From NCBI GenBank assembly GCA_030390025.1, contig CM059432.1, positions 141,176,001-141,240,000 on the forward strand: a stretch of DNA of 64,000 nt, in the 5' to 3' direction. Position numbers and translations under genes: made by a program. Shown here in pieces: positions 37,821 to 51,205 of this stretch; the first letter of the stretch is position 1; each line of letters starts with the position of its first letter. The notes under the pieces were generated by a model. The model saw only the letters and a list, made by a program, of their open reading frames with translations. It had not been told where the DNA came from and searched no databases. This DNA comes from Squalus acanthias. Lineage: Eukaryota.

Positions 37821-39733
37821 ATCAGGAATTCAGCTTTATGGTTAGTGGTCCTCACAGGATTATCATTTCATTAATTTTAATATATAGAAAATTGTGGGGT
37901 CTGCGAAACTACGGCCCATAATTCCCGACATTCCCAGTGCATGACGTTCCCTGTCAGGAGTGCAAATTCCTAAAACCTACCCTTTTATAATGGCTGACTT
38001 CCAATGTATTGTATTGCATTATATTGTACAACATTTCTAAGTGTTATCTATAGGCACCAGAATCATTCGATTTCTCTTATTATAATAGATCATTACTGAG
38101 TGTTCTTGTTGTGCTGCTGCACCACATTGGTTTACTCAGCTGTTGCACCATGAAGTGATAGATTTGGGTCCTGCCCAGCAATCCAGTCTGAGACAACCCA
38201 GCTGAAGGAAAATATGATACTTCCCAAGAGGAAAGGAAGAAAGACTTGCAAGGGCCGGCCGATTAGAAGCCCTTCTTTTCTGAACGGCGGTAAGATTCAG
38301 AGGTAACACATAACCCTCTCACGGACCTAGTCAAGAGTGGCATCACAGAGGAAACAGTCCATCTCACACTCTCTTTATCGGCGAATGATTCTTGAGGGAC
38401 AGACAAATATGGTGAGAAAGCATGGGGGGAGGGGGGCGGCTGGGTGGGGGGGGGGGCAAATAGTGGAAAATGGGCGATATCGGATCAGACACGTTTCCCA
38501 ATTTTCCATTCCATTGATCTCAAACCCATGTTCTATCACTACTTGGTGCATTAGGCTAGATTGGAATGTGCTCACCAATCACATAACCCTTATCCATCCT
38601 TATATAAAAATCAAACTATTGATAAGGAATTATGATTCACTTTAACGTCCTGTTTTTTCCTTGATTGTTTCTCTTGATTTTTCTGACTTTCAGTTTGAAG
38701 GATGAATGCTAATTCTATCTTCAGGAAACTGACTGGGGAAGAGTCATTGCGCCCATTGATATTAATTTAGCTCCGGGGGCTCAGTAATCCTTCTTAACCA
38801 GATCCTCTAATGACCTCATCACCTTTCAGCATTTAAGCACAAATATTCTACTAGAAATATGGGGAAAATAATCAATAGAATGATAAAGGAATGCTTTAAG
38901 GATAAGACCCAATGGTCCTTATCTTTTAACATTTGCTTCTGAAAAATAAAGATCATCATTGAATTTAAAAAAGAATTGCATATGATTTGGAAAAAAAATC
39001 AAGTTGCAAAAAAGTTGATGTCCTCCTGATGGGTCCATCGCCTTCTCAACAGTTCCAATGGTGCTTCTGTTTTTAAAGATTGAATGCAACATGTTTCAAG
39101 CACACTGTTGTTGAGCTGCTTCTACGGCAGCAGCTCCCAAACTCGTGACCTCCACCAGCTCGAAGGGCAAGGGCTGTAGGCACATGGCACAACACCATCA
39201 CCTGCAAGTTCAGACTCCATTCCGACTTGGACGTATATCGGCCGTTCCTTCATCGTCACTGGGTCAAAATCCTGGAACTCCCTACCTAACATCACTGTGG
39301 GAGCACCTTCACCGCACGGACTGCAGCGGTTCAAAAAGGTGACTCACCACCACCTTCTCGAGGGCACTGAGGGATGGGCAATAATTGCCGGCCTTGCCAG
39401 CGACGCCCACATCCTTAGAATAAAGTTTAAAAAAAACATAGTTGAGGATAAGACCATTGCAGGTTTTTATCCTTTAAAAACAATCATTAATATTTTCTAC
39501 TCTAACTCTTAAAGGGACCATGATGAGGTTCCATGTAATGATACTTTAGGCTTGGCAGCATGTGATTCATATGCACAGTCAATAGAACTTTCTAAAACCC
39601 TATCTGATTGGAAAGGCCACCAAGTTTAATTGACATATATGTAGTATTCAGATACTATATTAATAAGAGAGCACTGCATATTAAAATCTTAAGAGTACTA
39701 ACCAATGGTATCAAGTTCAAGACAAAACTACAC

Positions 39734-39917
39734 GAGGGTGAAATGCAACTTAGGCGGCAGCGCACAATGGGCGACAGCCAATCGGCGGTTCCGTTTTACA
39801 CTCCGCCCGATTTGCTTTTCCATTCATTGCCAATGAAAAATCGGCTGGGGTATAAAACGGGCAGCTGATTCGTCAATGCCCGTTTTTGCGTTACCTCCCG
39901 AGGTGAATTTCGCCTCC
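39734..39917. mobile_element. Short fold-back MITE
   Basis: gagggtgaaat / atttcgcctc ends; internal arms ttttacactccgcccgattt / aaatcggctggggtataaaa. Confidence 0.65.
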
Positions 39918-40133
39918 GATGTTTCCAGAGCTGTGCCGCGTGAAGGATTATTGTGGCACATTTCTATAACAATTGGCCAGTGCTCAAGATCGGTAAAGCA
40001 TCCCTCACTGCATGACTCAAATCTCTTGTGGATTTCAATGCTGGCTCTGCAATAGATATGGACCTAAAAGTGGGTAACGCAGCAACCTAGTAATTATTTT
40101 GAGAGAATTCCAAGTCTGCTTCCTTAGTCTTAC

Positions 40134-40187
40134 CCTTTGACCTGCTGAGCCGTCACGTCCTCGGGTCCCTTGTGTTCCTGGCATACC
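40134..40187 (-). CDS. col14a1: COL2 exon (GMPGTQGTRGRDGSAGQR), 54 nt
   Basis: tgtccag/gtaaga; GRDGS.GQR conserved. Confidence 0.95.
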
Positions 40188-40671
40188 CTGGACAAGAGAA
40201 AAAAAGAGCAAGAATTAGACACTGTGGCCAGGTGCAGTGAGCTCGAGGGCATTCTCAATATTCTGGCATCCACGTTGAAATCCAAGCCCTACGGATGCGA
40301 TGAAGAGCCCCTTCTTTTGCTGTGCTGTAGGGGTTCAATCTGAAATGGGTTTGGGCAGTCTGAATCCCGCTTCTATTGGGCACGTTTTTAGATCTTTCTT
40401 GAGTTGTAGCTGAGGCACATTGTTGGGGCACAGCTCCCAATTCTTCTCGGCGTGCTTGATGCCGACACTGAATCTTGAAGTGGAGATGATTAATGAGTAG
40501 AAAAACGGGAACAGAAACAGAAACTCAAAATAAAGGGAAGACATTAGGAACTGCTGCAGTCTTGGTGGGTATAAACACCAGGGGGTAAAGAATCTCTGTC
40601 GGGGGCGATCAGTCGCCGAAATTTCGGTTAAAACTGCCGAGAAACGGCATAAATGGTGAAGTTGTGGCGGG

Positions 40672-40940
40672 AAATGAGGAGATGAGGAGAAACTTCTTCA
40701 CTCAGAGGGTAGTAAATCTATGGAATTTGCTACCTCAGAGAGCTGTGGAAGCTGCGACATTAAATAAATTTAAAACGGAGATAGACAGTTTCCTAGCTGA
40801 TAAGGGAATTAAGGGTTATGGGGGGCGGGCAGGGAAGTGGACGTGAGTCTAGGTTCGGATCAGCCATGATCCTATTGAATGGCGGAGCAGGCCCGAAGGG
40901 TCGTATGGCCGACTCCTGCTCCTACTTCTTATGTTCTTAT
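40672..40940 (+). mobile_element. CR1 3' fragment
   Basis: EMRRNFFTQRVVNLWN. Confidence 0.85.
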
Positions 40941-41132
40941 GAGGGGAAAAAAAAAACCTGCAGAAATTCCAGGCCCACATGTCTGACTTCCAGGCTGCAC
41001 TGACTTTATTCAGATAAGAAAGTCTCAGATTTGGTCCCTGGCTTGTGCAAATGAGCTGATCGCAGCCAAGGGACTGGTGATAGTGCTGCAACCTGGCCTT
41101 AATGTCCAGAACTAGAGAGATGCAAAATAAAA

Positions 41133-41595
41133 GAACTTGCATTTATACAGCGTCTTTCACCACCTCATCACGTCCCAAAGCGCTTTACAGCCAATGAAGT
41201 ACTTTTGAAGTGTAGTCACTGTTGTAATGTAGGAAACGCAGCGGCCAATTTGCACACAGCAAGCTCCCACAAACAGCAATGTTATAATGACCAGATAATC
41301 TGTTTTAGTGATGTTGGTTGAGGGATAGATATTGGCCCAGGACACCGGGGAGAACTCCCCGGCTCTTCTTTGACATAGTGCCACGGGATCTTTTACATCC
41401 ACCTGAGGGCAGACGGGATCTCAGTATAATGTCTCATCTGAAAGACGGCACCTCTGACAGTGCAGCACTGCCTCAGCACTGCACTGGGAGTGTCGGCCTA
41501 GATTTTGTGCTCAGGTCTCTGGAGTGGGACTATGGACCCACAACCTTCTGACTCCGAGGCGAGAGAGTGCTACCCACTGAGCCACGACTGACACT
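41133..41595 (-). mobile_element. Full-length DeuSINE (SacSINE1-like)
   Basis: Head gtgtcagtcgtggctcagtgggtagcactc, core, tail. Confidence 0.88.
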
Positions 41596-42211
41596 GTTTC
41601 CACTCCTGATCGCTACAAAACAATGCTTTGCTGGAACTGTGTTTATTTGATTATTAGATGAAGCAGGAATAAGATTTGGCTGTGATAGCTCCCAGAGTCA
41701 TACAACCTTTTGGCACTCACTTGGGCAAAGTACTAGCGGGCTGCCACTTGTGCAATTGTACCCAAACATGAGTCAGTGCTTTCAAGAATGGATAGGTTAA
41801 GTAATTTAAAAAAACTGTTTGAGTCTAGAAGCTTGACTACAAACACAGACTACACCCACATCTACCAGCTGCAAGTCAGTTACCCCTATATGCACTTACG
41901 ATAATAAATTTTAAAAAGCTTTTGTTGAAACAAGTAGGGCATCTTATGCAAGACAGGACTAGCAATATTTCCCATCCGTCTGGGAGATGCCTGCAGCTAT
42001 GGAACTCTTAATAGACGGTCTCCAAACATAGAAATACCTAGCATTACATTTGTTCTGCCTTACCAAGCAAATTCTAGTAGAAATCTACATGTTCTGGAAA
42101 CAATATACTACAAACATGCAGAAAGATTTTTAAGATGTAAGTTGCGTAAAAGGAATAACTGTACAATTAAGTAATATAAAATAGGATAGTATCATCAAAT
42201 TAAACTCATAC

Positions 42212-42265
42212 CTGGTGGCCCACAGGGCCAATATCTCCTTTTTCACCCTTTTCACCAATGCTGCC
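42212..42265 (-). CDS. col14a1: COL2 exon (GSIGEKGEKGDIGPVGHQ), 54 nt
   Basis: tgttag/gtatga; Gly-X-Y. Confidence 0.93.
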
Positions 42266-42607
42266 CTAACAGAATTAATAAAGACACACAATTCAGACAT
42301 GAACTTTCAGCTTTGTTAGTCATTAACAATAAGGGGGGAAATTTCCTCCCTGCATTATATACGGTGAAACTGTAAATGTGTTTACATAGATCGGGTTTAC
42401 AATTTCATTCTGCGCATCACAACACTGTAAAAACCGTCTGCTCTGGTGGCAACTGCAAGATAGCAAAGGGAAGGCCTAACGGGGGTGAAATTGGTCTTTG
42501 CCAGTGATGCGAATCGGGCTCATCTCAAATTGGCAGTTCCCATTTACACCGCCCCCCATCTTCTAGACCGTGGATAAGAGAATCGGGCGTGATGAAAACG
42601 GGCTTGC

Positions 42608-43922
42608 GATTCGCTACAATCCCGATTTACTACGATCCAGATTCTCTACGAACCCAATTCGCTACAAGCCCGATTCGCTATGAACCCGATTCGCTACAAT
42701 CCCGATTCACTACGATCCAGATTCTCTACGAACCCAATTCGCTACAAGCCCGATTCGCTATGAACCCGATTCGCTACAAGCCCGATTCACTACGATCCAG
42801 ATTCTCTACGAACCCAATTCACTACAAGCCCGATTCGCTATGAACCCGATTCGCTACAAGCCCGATTCACTACAAGCCCAATTCGCTATGAACCCGATTC
42901 ACTACAAGCCCGATTCGCTAAAAGCCCGATTCGCTACAAGCCCGATTCACTACAAGCCCAATTCGCTATGAACCCAATTCGCTACAAACCCGGTTCGCTA
43001 CAAGCCCAATTTGCTATTAACCCGATTCGCTACGAACCCGATTCACTATGAACCCGATTCACTACAAGCCCGATTCGCTATGAACCCGATTCACTACAAG
43101 CCCGATTCGCTATGAACCCGATTCACTACAAGCCCGATTCGCTATGAACCCGATTCACTACAAGCCCGATTCGCTATGAACCCGATTCGCTACAAGCCCG
43201 ATTCACTACAAGCCCGATTCACTACAAGCCCGATTCGCTACAAGCCCGATTCGCTATGAACCCGATTCGCTACAAGCCCGATTCGCTACAAGCCCGATTC
43301 GCTACAAGCCCGATTCACTACAAGCCCGATTCGCTACAAGCCCAATTCGCTATGAACCCAATTCGCTACAAACCCGGTTCGCTACAAGCCCAATTTGCTA
43401 TTAACCCGATTCGCTACGAACCCGATTCACTATGATCCCGATTCACTACGAGCCCGGTTCGCTCCGAACCCGGTTCGCTACGAACCCAATTCACTACAAG
43501 CCCGATTCACTATGATCCCAATTCGCTATTAACCCGATTCACTATGATCCCGATTCACTATGAACCCAATTCACTACAAGCCCGATTCGCTACGAACCCA
43601 ATTCGCTACGAGCCCAATTCGCTATTAACCCGATTCGCTACGAGCCCAATTCACTATGAACCCGATTTACTATGAAGCCGATTCGCTATGAACCCGAATC
43701 CCTATGATCCCGATTCGCTACAAACCTGATTTACTACGAACCCGATTGGCTACGAACCCAATTCACTAGAAGCCTGATTCACTAGAAGCCCGATTGGCTA
43801 CAAGCCCGATTGGCTACAAGCCTGATTCACTAGAAGCCTGAATGGCTGCAACCCTGATTCACTAGAAGCTCAAATGGCTACAAGCCTGATTCACTAGAAG
43901 CCCAATTGGCTATGAGCCCATT
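42608..43922. repeat. 16-bp minisatellite (GATTCRCTAYRARCCC), roughly 80 units
   Basis: gattc recurs every 16 nt. Confidence 0.95.
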
Positions 43923-44055
43923 TCGCTCTAGACCACTTTCATACCCAATCAGTTCTAACAAGGAAAGCATCAAAAGCCTTCAGTGAACATTGAGATGACT
44001 TCATGCAACTGATGCTGTGTAGCCTATTCCCGATGGAGAAAGAATATGAGCTTAC

Positions 44056-44151
44056 CGGAAGTCCTTGAATCGAAAGTCCACTTGGTCCTTGGGGGCCAGG
44101 TTGTCCCTGGAGTCCGGTAGATCCTAACTCACCACGGAGACCTTCAGAGCC
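44056..44151 (-). CDS. col14a1: COL2 exon with helix imperfection ([32 protein letters not shown]), 96 nt
   Basis: tgacag/gtaagc; GPSGLSIQG as in recalled COL14A1. Confidence 0.95.
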
Positions 44152-44545
44152 CTGTCACAAAATAAAGGGAGACTTAACAGATACATTTTTACAAGTGAGT
44201 GATGTTAAATAATTGTTGAAGGCTGCAGTTCATCATGTAAGTGTATATATTGTAATGCTAAACTCCTGGTGCGGAACACAAACATTTGGACGTCAGTCAT
44301 CATTAAAATGAATCACCAGGAAATCGGAAGCGCTGCAAAGTTGTCGTTCTGACTTCAAACCATTGAGTGAGTCTGCGATAGGAGTGCAGCCTTACAATAT
44401 TTACCCGATAAAGTCCAGGCATTTAGTTGAACATTCGAGCTGTGCTTTTGGTGATGTGTGGATTTTTTAAAAAAAAGGAAAAATATAAATCATTTCTTCG
44501 ATTGGTTTCATAGATTTCTAGTAGCTTTGTGAAGGAAACTCTTAC

Positions 44546-44599
44546 CCTTTGACCTGGTTCTCCCCTCTCCCCTCTCGGGCCTCTCAAACCTAGGCCACC
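44546..44599 (-). CDS. col14a1: COL2 exon (GGLGLRGPRGERGEPGQR), 54 nt
   Basis: ttttacag/gtaaga; 6 Gly-X-Y triplets. Confidence 0.95.
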
Positions 44600-44749
44600 C
44601 TGTAAAATACACATTAACGTGTCAATTGAGCAAATGTAAGCCATACACGTGTACGTAAGAAACTGCGAATGCTGCAAATCTGAAATAAAAACATAACATG
44701 CTGGAAATACACAGCTGGCTCATCAACATCTTTTCTTCAAATGACATTG

Positions 44750-45650
44750 AATGTACAGCACAAAAAACAGGCCATTGGACCCAACTGCTCCGTGCCGGTG
44801 TTTATGCTCCACACGAGCCTCCTCCCACCCCTCTTCATCAAATCCCATCAGCGTATCCTTCTACTCCTTTCTCCCTCATGGGTTTATCTAGCTTCCCCTT
44901 AAATGCATCTATGCTCGTCGCTTCATTCACTCCTTGTGGTAGCGAGTTTCACATCCTCACCACTCTCTGGGGAAAGAAGTTTCTCCTGAATTCCCTATTG
45001 GATTTAATAGTGACTATCTTATATTTATGACCCTTAGTTTTGGACTCCCCCACAAGTGGAAACATCTTCTCTCCGTCTACCCTATCAAACCCCTTCATAA
45101 TTTTAAAGACCTCTATCAGGTCACCCCTCAGCCTTCTCTTTTCTAGAGAAAAGAGTCCCAGCCTGTTCGGTCTTTCCTGACCTCTCAGTTCTGGTATCAT
45201 CCTTGTTCATCTTTTTTGCACCTTCTCCAGTGCCTCTAAATCCTTTTTATAATATGGAGACCAGATCTGTGCGTAGTACTCTTAAGTGTTGTCTAACCAA
45301 GGTTCTATACAAATTTAACATAACTTCTCTGCTTTTCAATTCTGTTCCTCTTGAAATATTAACCCCAGTGCTTTGCTTGCATTTTTACGGCCTTGTTAAC
45401 CTGTGTCGCTACTTTCAATGATTTGTGTATCTGTACCCCTAGATCCCTTTGCTCCTCTACCCCATTTAGACTCTTATTTTCCAAGGAGTAGGTGGCCTCC
45501 TTAATCTTCCTATCAAAATGCACCACCTCACACTTGAAATTCATTTGCCAATTATACGCCCATTTGGCAAATTTATTACTGTCTTGTATTTTGTTGCAGC
45601 CTTCCTCAGTCCTAACCAGGCCTCCCAATTTGATAGACATTCCCCCAAGC
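44750..45650 (-). mobile_element. Decayed CR1 fragment
   Basis: LGLFSLEKRRLRGDLIEVFK. Confidence 0.85.
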
Positions 45651-46407
45651 TGTAAAGAGAAATAAGACATATTAATGGGGTTTGGGTGTAGGCCATTCCC
45701 CAGAACACCTTCAAATAACATTCCCTAGATTTACATAGAATATACGGCACAGAAACAGGCCATTCGGCTCAACCAGTCCATGCGGGCATTTATGCTCCAT
45801 TCGAGCCTCCTCTCATCCTTTCTCATCTAACTCTATCAGCATAACCCTCCCTTCTCCCCTCATATGCTCATCTAGCTTCCCCTTAAATGCATTCGTTCTG
45901 ATGAAGTGTCTACACTCAAAGTGCTAACCTGTCTTCCCTTTCCAGATGCAGATGGACCTGCAGTGCATATCCAGTATTTTACCGCAAGGATATAACATGT
46001 AATGGATAGAAGCAACAACATAGCGGCGACTTGACACTGTGTGCTTAGTAGCACCGATTTGCTGTGGGCTGGAAGGAGGCAGGTTTATGCGCATGCTCCG
46101 CCGCACCATAGAGAGCTGTCAATCTCAGCTCGGCCATCGTGGGGATGTGTTGAATGGAGGTCAGGCTCTGACCCACAGAGTTAAATAGGATGGAGGTGTC
46201 ACCCTGACAGGTTTTCCTCATGGGCTGGCAGGATGGCCTATTTCAGAGCTTCCTACCTTCTCAGATAGGGGTGGAGCATGGACACCAAAACTTCAGAATT
46301 TAACGGCTCATTTTCCACTCTTGCTTTCATGGCACAGGGCAGTGGACATTGGGGATGGAGGGTAGCGTGCCTGATTTTTTTGCCCATTTATTTTAATAGA
46401 TAAAGAA

Positions 46408-46838
46408 GAATTTGCATTTATACAACACCTTTCACTACCTCATGATGTCACAACATGCTTTACAGCTAATTAAGTATTTTTGAAGTGTAGTCACTGTTGT
46501 AATGTAGGAAACACGGCAGCCAATTTGCGCACAGCAAGCTCCCACAAACAGCAATGTGACAAATGACCAGGTACTCTGTTTCAGCGATGTTATTGAGGGA
46601 CAAATATTGGCCAGGAAACTGGGGAGAACACCCCTGTTCTTCTTCGACATAGTGCTATGGGATCTTTTACGTTTACCTGAGAGGGCAGGCAGGGCCTATG
46701 GTTTAACGCAGCGCTCCCTCAGTACTGCACTGGAGTGTCAGCCTAGATTTTTGTACTCAAGTCTCTGGAGTGGGATTTGAACCCACAACCTTCTGACTCA
46801 GAGGCGAGAGTGCTGCCCACTGAGCCGAGGCTGACACC
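46408..46838 (-). mobile_element. DeuSINE (SacSINE1-like)
   Basis: As 41133, with internal deletion. Confidence 0.85.
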
Positions 46839-47213
46839 AAATGTCAAAGGATGGGGAATGAAGCGGGCTGCGTAGCTGGTGCCAACACCTGATGTGTAAA
46901 CCCACCGCTGTGCAGCACGAACATTCTCGTTATAATTCTTCTGTAAATTCAATATCCCGAATGAACTGCACAAGAAGCCACATTCTTTGAGTTTTGATGT
47001 GATGCAGTAGAACAAAAATGAAAGAAAGTCTAAAAAAATACAAAATCAACTGGTCAATTGATGGCGTTTTCACTGAAAAAAATACATTTTATATTAAAGA
47101 TAAAAGCAGTGGGGTGAAGGCAGTAGGATCCAATTGAAAGATCCAGATGTCAAGCACAACTGTTAAAGCTTCGCTCTCACAATTCCTGGTGTTGTGTCAA
47201 GCATTTTGATGGG

Positions 47214-47906
47214 TGTAAGAATAAGCCATTTGCTGTAAGAATTTGCTATAACTTGACCAAACTTAAAAAGTTGACCGAATTTAATATACCAGCATGCTTC
47301 GGGAGGTTGAGAGGTTGGTTCCTGTGGGAACTTTGTACGGAAGCTGTTAATCAGACATGGAAGCAACAGACCCTGAGCAGGAACAAACAGTTGGGGCGTT
47401 ACAAAGGCAGGAACATCTTCAGGCAAATAGTGTGAAGGGCCTTGGGGGCCCACTGATAAGAGGAGGAAAACAACTGCCGACTATTTGTCACACAGTTTGG
47501 GACACATATGCACTGAGGAGCCTGCCCAGGTTTTTAGGGTATGAGAGATGCTGTTTTAAGACATTCGGGGTTGCTGCAGTCGGGGGAGGCGACCTGGTTA
47601 GTTGCCAGTTAGAGTCGTGCATCTAGCCATCGCTGAACTGACCACTCGCTGGTGTTGGTACGTATGCAGTGTTGGCTTATTATCGCTTGATCTTAAAGTA
47701 AGGGAATAACCGTGTGTATGCTTAGATATAATCGGGAGTATTATATGCAACAGTTTTGTGTGAGCTTACTTGTAACTTCTTGCTGATTTTAAGTAAAAAG
47801 AAAGTTATTCTCGAATCCCTGTGTTTTGTGTTGTCTGTTCCACGGGTCTGAACTTTGGAAACTGTTGGACAGGTTAAAGGACCAGGGTGAATTTAAACGT
47901 CTTACA
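47214..47906 (+). mobile_element. Solo LTR, 693 bp
   Basis: TGTAAGA...TCTTACA termini, 4-bp TSD TGGG, AGTAAA near 3' end. Confidence 0.75.
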
Positions 47907-48215
47907 TGGGATTACTGTGCAACAATTGGCTGACAGGTATTGAGTAACCTCTTCAACATTCCTATATACTCATGTCATGTTTCCACTGTCTATAGACTTC
48001 TCCTGGATTGTGTCAAGACATGTAACTCAACCCTGCCACACCAACCAACTCCACTTTTTTGCTCCAAAAATGAATAGCTTGCAATGTAATGTTTGAAACA
48101 TCATAATAGACATAAATATGATCAGAAAGTAGAACGATATTACATAGAATTTATTGCATATAAACAGGCTATTCATCCCAACAGGTCCATGCTGGTGTTT
48201 ATGCTTCACACAAGC

Positions 48216-50573
48216 GAGGGAGGAGGCATTGCTGGATCTGGTTCTGGGGAATGAGGTAGGTCAAGTGGAGCAAGTTTCAATAGGTGAACATTTAAGGAAC
48301 AGTGATCGTAGTATCATAAGGTTTAGATCAGCGATGGAAAAGGACAGGGAGCAATCTAGAGTAAAAATGTTTAACTGGGGGAAGGCAAATTTCAGTGGGA
48401 GGAGAACGGATCTAGCCCGGGTAAACTGGAATCAAAGATTGGCAGGCAAAACTGTAATGGAACAATGGGCTGCCTGTAAAGAGGAAACAGTTCGGGTACA
48501 GTTGAGGTACATTCCCACTAGGGGGAAAGGCAGGGCAACTAAAGTTAGGGCTCCCTGGATGACGAAAGATATAGAGAATACAATGAAGCAGAAAAAGAGC
48601 GCGTATGACAGATGTCAGGTTGCAAATACATCTGAGAATCAGGCTATATATAGAAAGGTCAGAGGAGAAGTGAAAAAGAAAATAAGAGGGGCAAAGAGAG
48701 GGTATGAGAATAGAATGGCAGCCAACATAAAAGGTAATCCAAAAGTCTTCTATAGGCATTTAAATAGTAAAAGGGTAGTAAGAGGAGGGACGGGGCCGGT
48801 TAGGGACCAAAAAGGAAACCTATGCATGGAGGCAGAGGTATGGCTGAGGTACTAAACGAATACTTTGCATCTGTCTTCACCAAGGAAGAGGATACTGCCA
48901 TAGACATAGTAAAGGAGGAGGTAGTGGAGATACTTGATAAGATAAACATTGATGAAGAGGAGGTATTAGAAAGGCTGGCTGTATTTAAAGTAGATAAATC
49001 ACCAGGAGCGGATGGGATGCATCCTAGGATGCTGAGGGAATTGAGGGAGGAAATCGCGGAGGTACTGGCCATAATATTTCAATCCTCCTTAGATACAGGG
49101 GTGGGGCCAGAGGACTGGAGAATTGCAAATATTACACCATTGTTCAAAAAAGGGTGTAAATATGAACCCAGTAACTACAGGCCAGTCAGTTTGACCTCGG
49201 TAATGGGGAAGCTTTTAGAAACAGTAATTAGGGACAAAATTAACAGTCACTTCGGCAAGTGTGGATTAATTAAGGAAAGCCAGCACAGATTTGTTAAAGG
49301 CAAATCATGTTTAACTAACTTGATTGTGTTCTTTAATGAGGTAACAGAGAGGGTTGACGAGGGCAATGCGGTTGACGTGGTGTACATGGATTTCCAAAAG
49401 GCGTTCGACCAAGTGCCACGTAATAGGCTTGCCAGCAAAGTTGAAGCCCATGGAATAAAAGGGACAGTGGAGGCATGGATACGGAATTGGCTAAGTGATG
49501 GGAAACGGAGAGTAGTGGTGAACGGTTGTTTTTCGGACTGGACGAAGGTATACAGTGGTGTTCCCCAGGGGTCGGTTCAAGGACCACTGCTTTTCTAGAT
49601 ATATATTAATGACTTGGACATAGGTGTACAGGGCACATTTCAAAATTTGCAGATGACACAAAACTTGGAAGGATAGTGAACAGTGAGGAGGAGAGTGATA
49701 GACTTCAGGAAGACATAGACAGGCTGGTGAAATGGGCAGACACGTGGCAGATGAAATTTAACGCAGAAAAGTGTGAAGTGAGACATTTTGGTCGAAAGAA
49801 TGAGGTGAGGACGTATAAACTAAATGGTACAATCCTGAAGGGGGTGCACGAACAGAGAGACCTGGGGGTCTGTGTGCACAAATCGTTGAAGGTGGCAGGG
49901 CAGGTTGAGAAAGCAGTTAAAAAGGCTTACGGGATCCTGGGCTTCATGAATAGAGGCATAGAGTACAAAAGTGTGCAAATTATGATGAACCTGTATAAAA
50001 CACTGGTTCGGCCCCAACTGGAGTATTGTGTCCAATTCTGCGCACCACACTTTAGGAAGGATGTGAAGGCCTTAGAAAGCGTTCAGAAAAGATTTATGAG
50101 AATAATTCCAGGAATGAAAGACTTCAATTACGTGGATAGACTGGAGAAGCTGGGGTTGTTCTCCTTGGAGCAGAGAAGATTGAGAAGAGATTTGATAGAG
50201 GTGTTCAAAATCATGAGGGGTCTGGACAGAGTAGATAGAGGGAAACTGTTCCCATTGGCAGAAGGGTCGAGAACCAGAGGACACAGATTTAAGGTGATTG
50301 GCTAAAGAACCAAAGGCGACAGAAGAAAAAACTTTTTTACGCAGCGAGTGTTTAAGATCTGGAATGCACTGCCTGAGAGGGTGGTGGAGGCAGATTCAAT
50401 CACGGCTTTCAAAGGGAGTTGGATAAGTATCTGAAGGAAAGAAATTTGCAGGGCTACGGGGAAAGGGAGGGGGAGTGGGACTAGCTAAAGTGCTCTTGCA
50501 GAGAGCCGGCATGGGTTCGACGGACCAAATGGCCTCCTACTGTGCTGTAACCATTCTATGATTCTATGATTCT
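48216..50573 (+). mobile_element. Long decayed CR1, same subfamily as 11480-15177, nested in an older minus-strand CR1 tail
   Basis: RT motifs; aagc duplicated at both ends; host continues 50574-50885. Confidence 0.93.
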
Positions 50574-50889
50574 AAGCCTCCTCTCACCCTCTCAGCATAT
50601 CCTTCTATTCCTTTCTCCCTCATGTACATATCTAGCTTCCCCTTAAATGCATCTGTGCTATTTGCCTCAATTACTCCTTATGGTAGCGAGTTCTACATTC
50701 CCACCACTCTCTGGGTAAAGAAGTTTCTCCTGAATTCCTTACTGGATTTATTAGTGACTATCTTATATTTATGACCCTTAGTTTTTAACTCCTCCACAAG
50801 TGGAAACATCTTTCCTACATCTACCCTATCAAACCCCTTCATAATTTTAAAGACCTCTATCAGGTCACCTATCAGTCTTCTCTGTTTTT

Positions 50890-51205
50890 GGCGACACGGT
50901 GGCATAGTGGTTAGCACTGATGCCTCACAGCGCCAGGGACCCGGGTTCGAATCTGACCTCGGGTGACTGTCTGTGTGGAGTCTGCACATTCTCCCCATGT
51001 CTGCGTGGGTTTCCTCCGGGTGCTCCGGTTTCCTCCCACAGTCCAAAGATGTGCGGGTTAGGTTGATTTGGCTATGACAAATTGACCCTTAGTGCTGGGG
51101 GGGATTAAATATGTGGGGTTATGGGGATAGGATGGGATATGTTAGGGGGAATTAAATACGTGGGGTTACGGGGGTAGGGTGGGATATGTGTACTGTGGGG
51201 ATTAA
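50890..51205 (+). mobile_element. HE1-like V-SINE
   Basis: A-box tggcatagtgg, B-box ggttcgaatc, V-domain; internal tandem duplication. Confidence 0.88.

Noticed and set aside
42608..43922. CRISPR-like array
   Set aside because: Contiguous 16-bp tandem units with no unique spacers, no cas genes, eukaryotic intron
50890..50965. tRNA gene
   Set aside because: tRNA-derived SINE head running straight into the V-domain; the same applies to the DeuSINE heads
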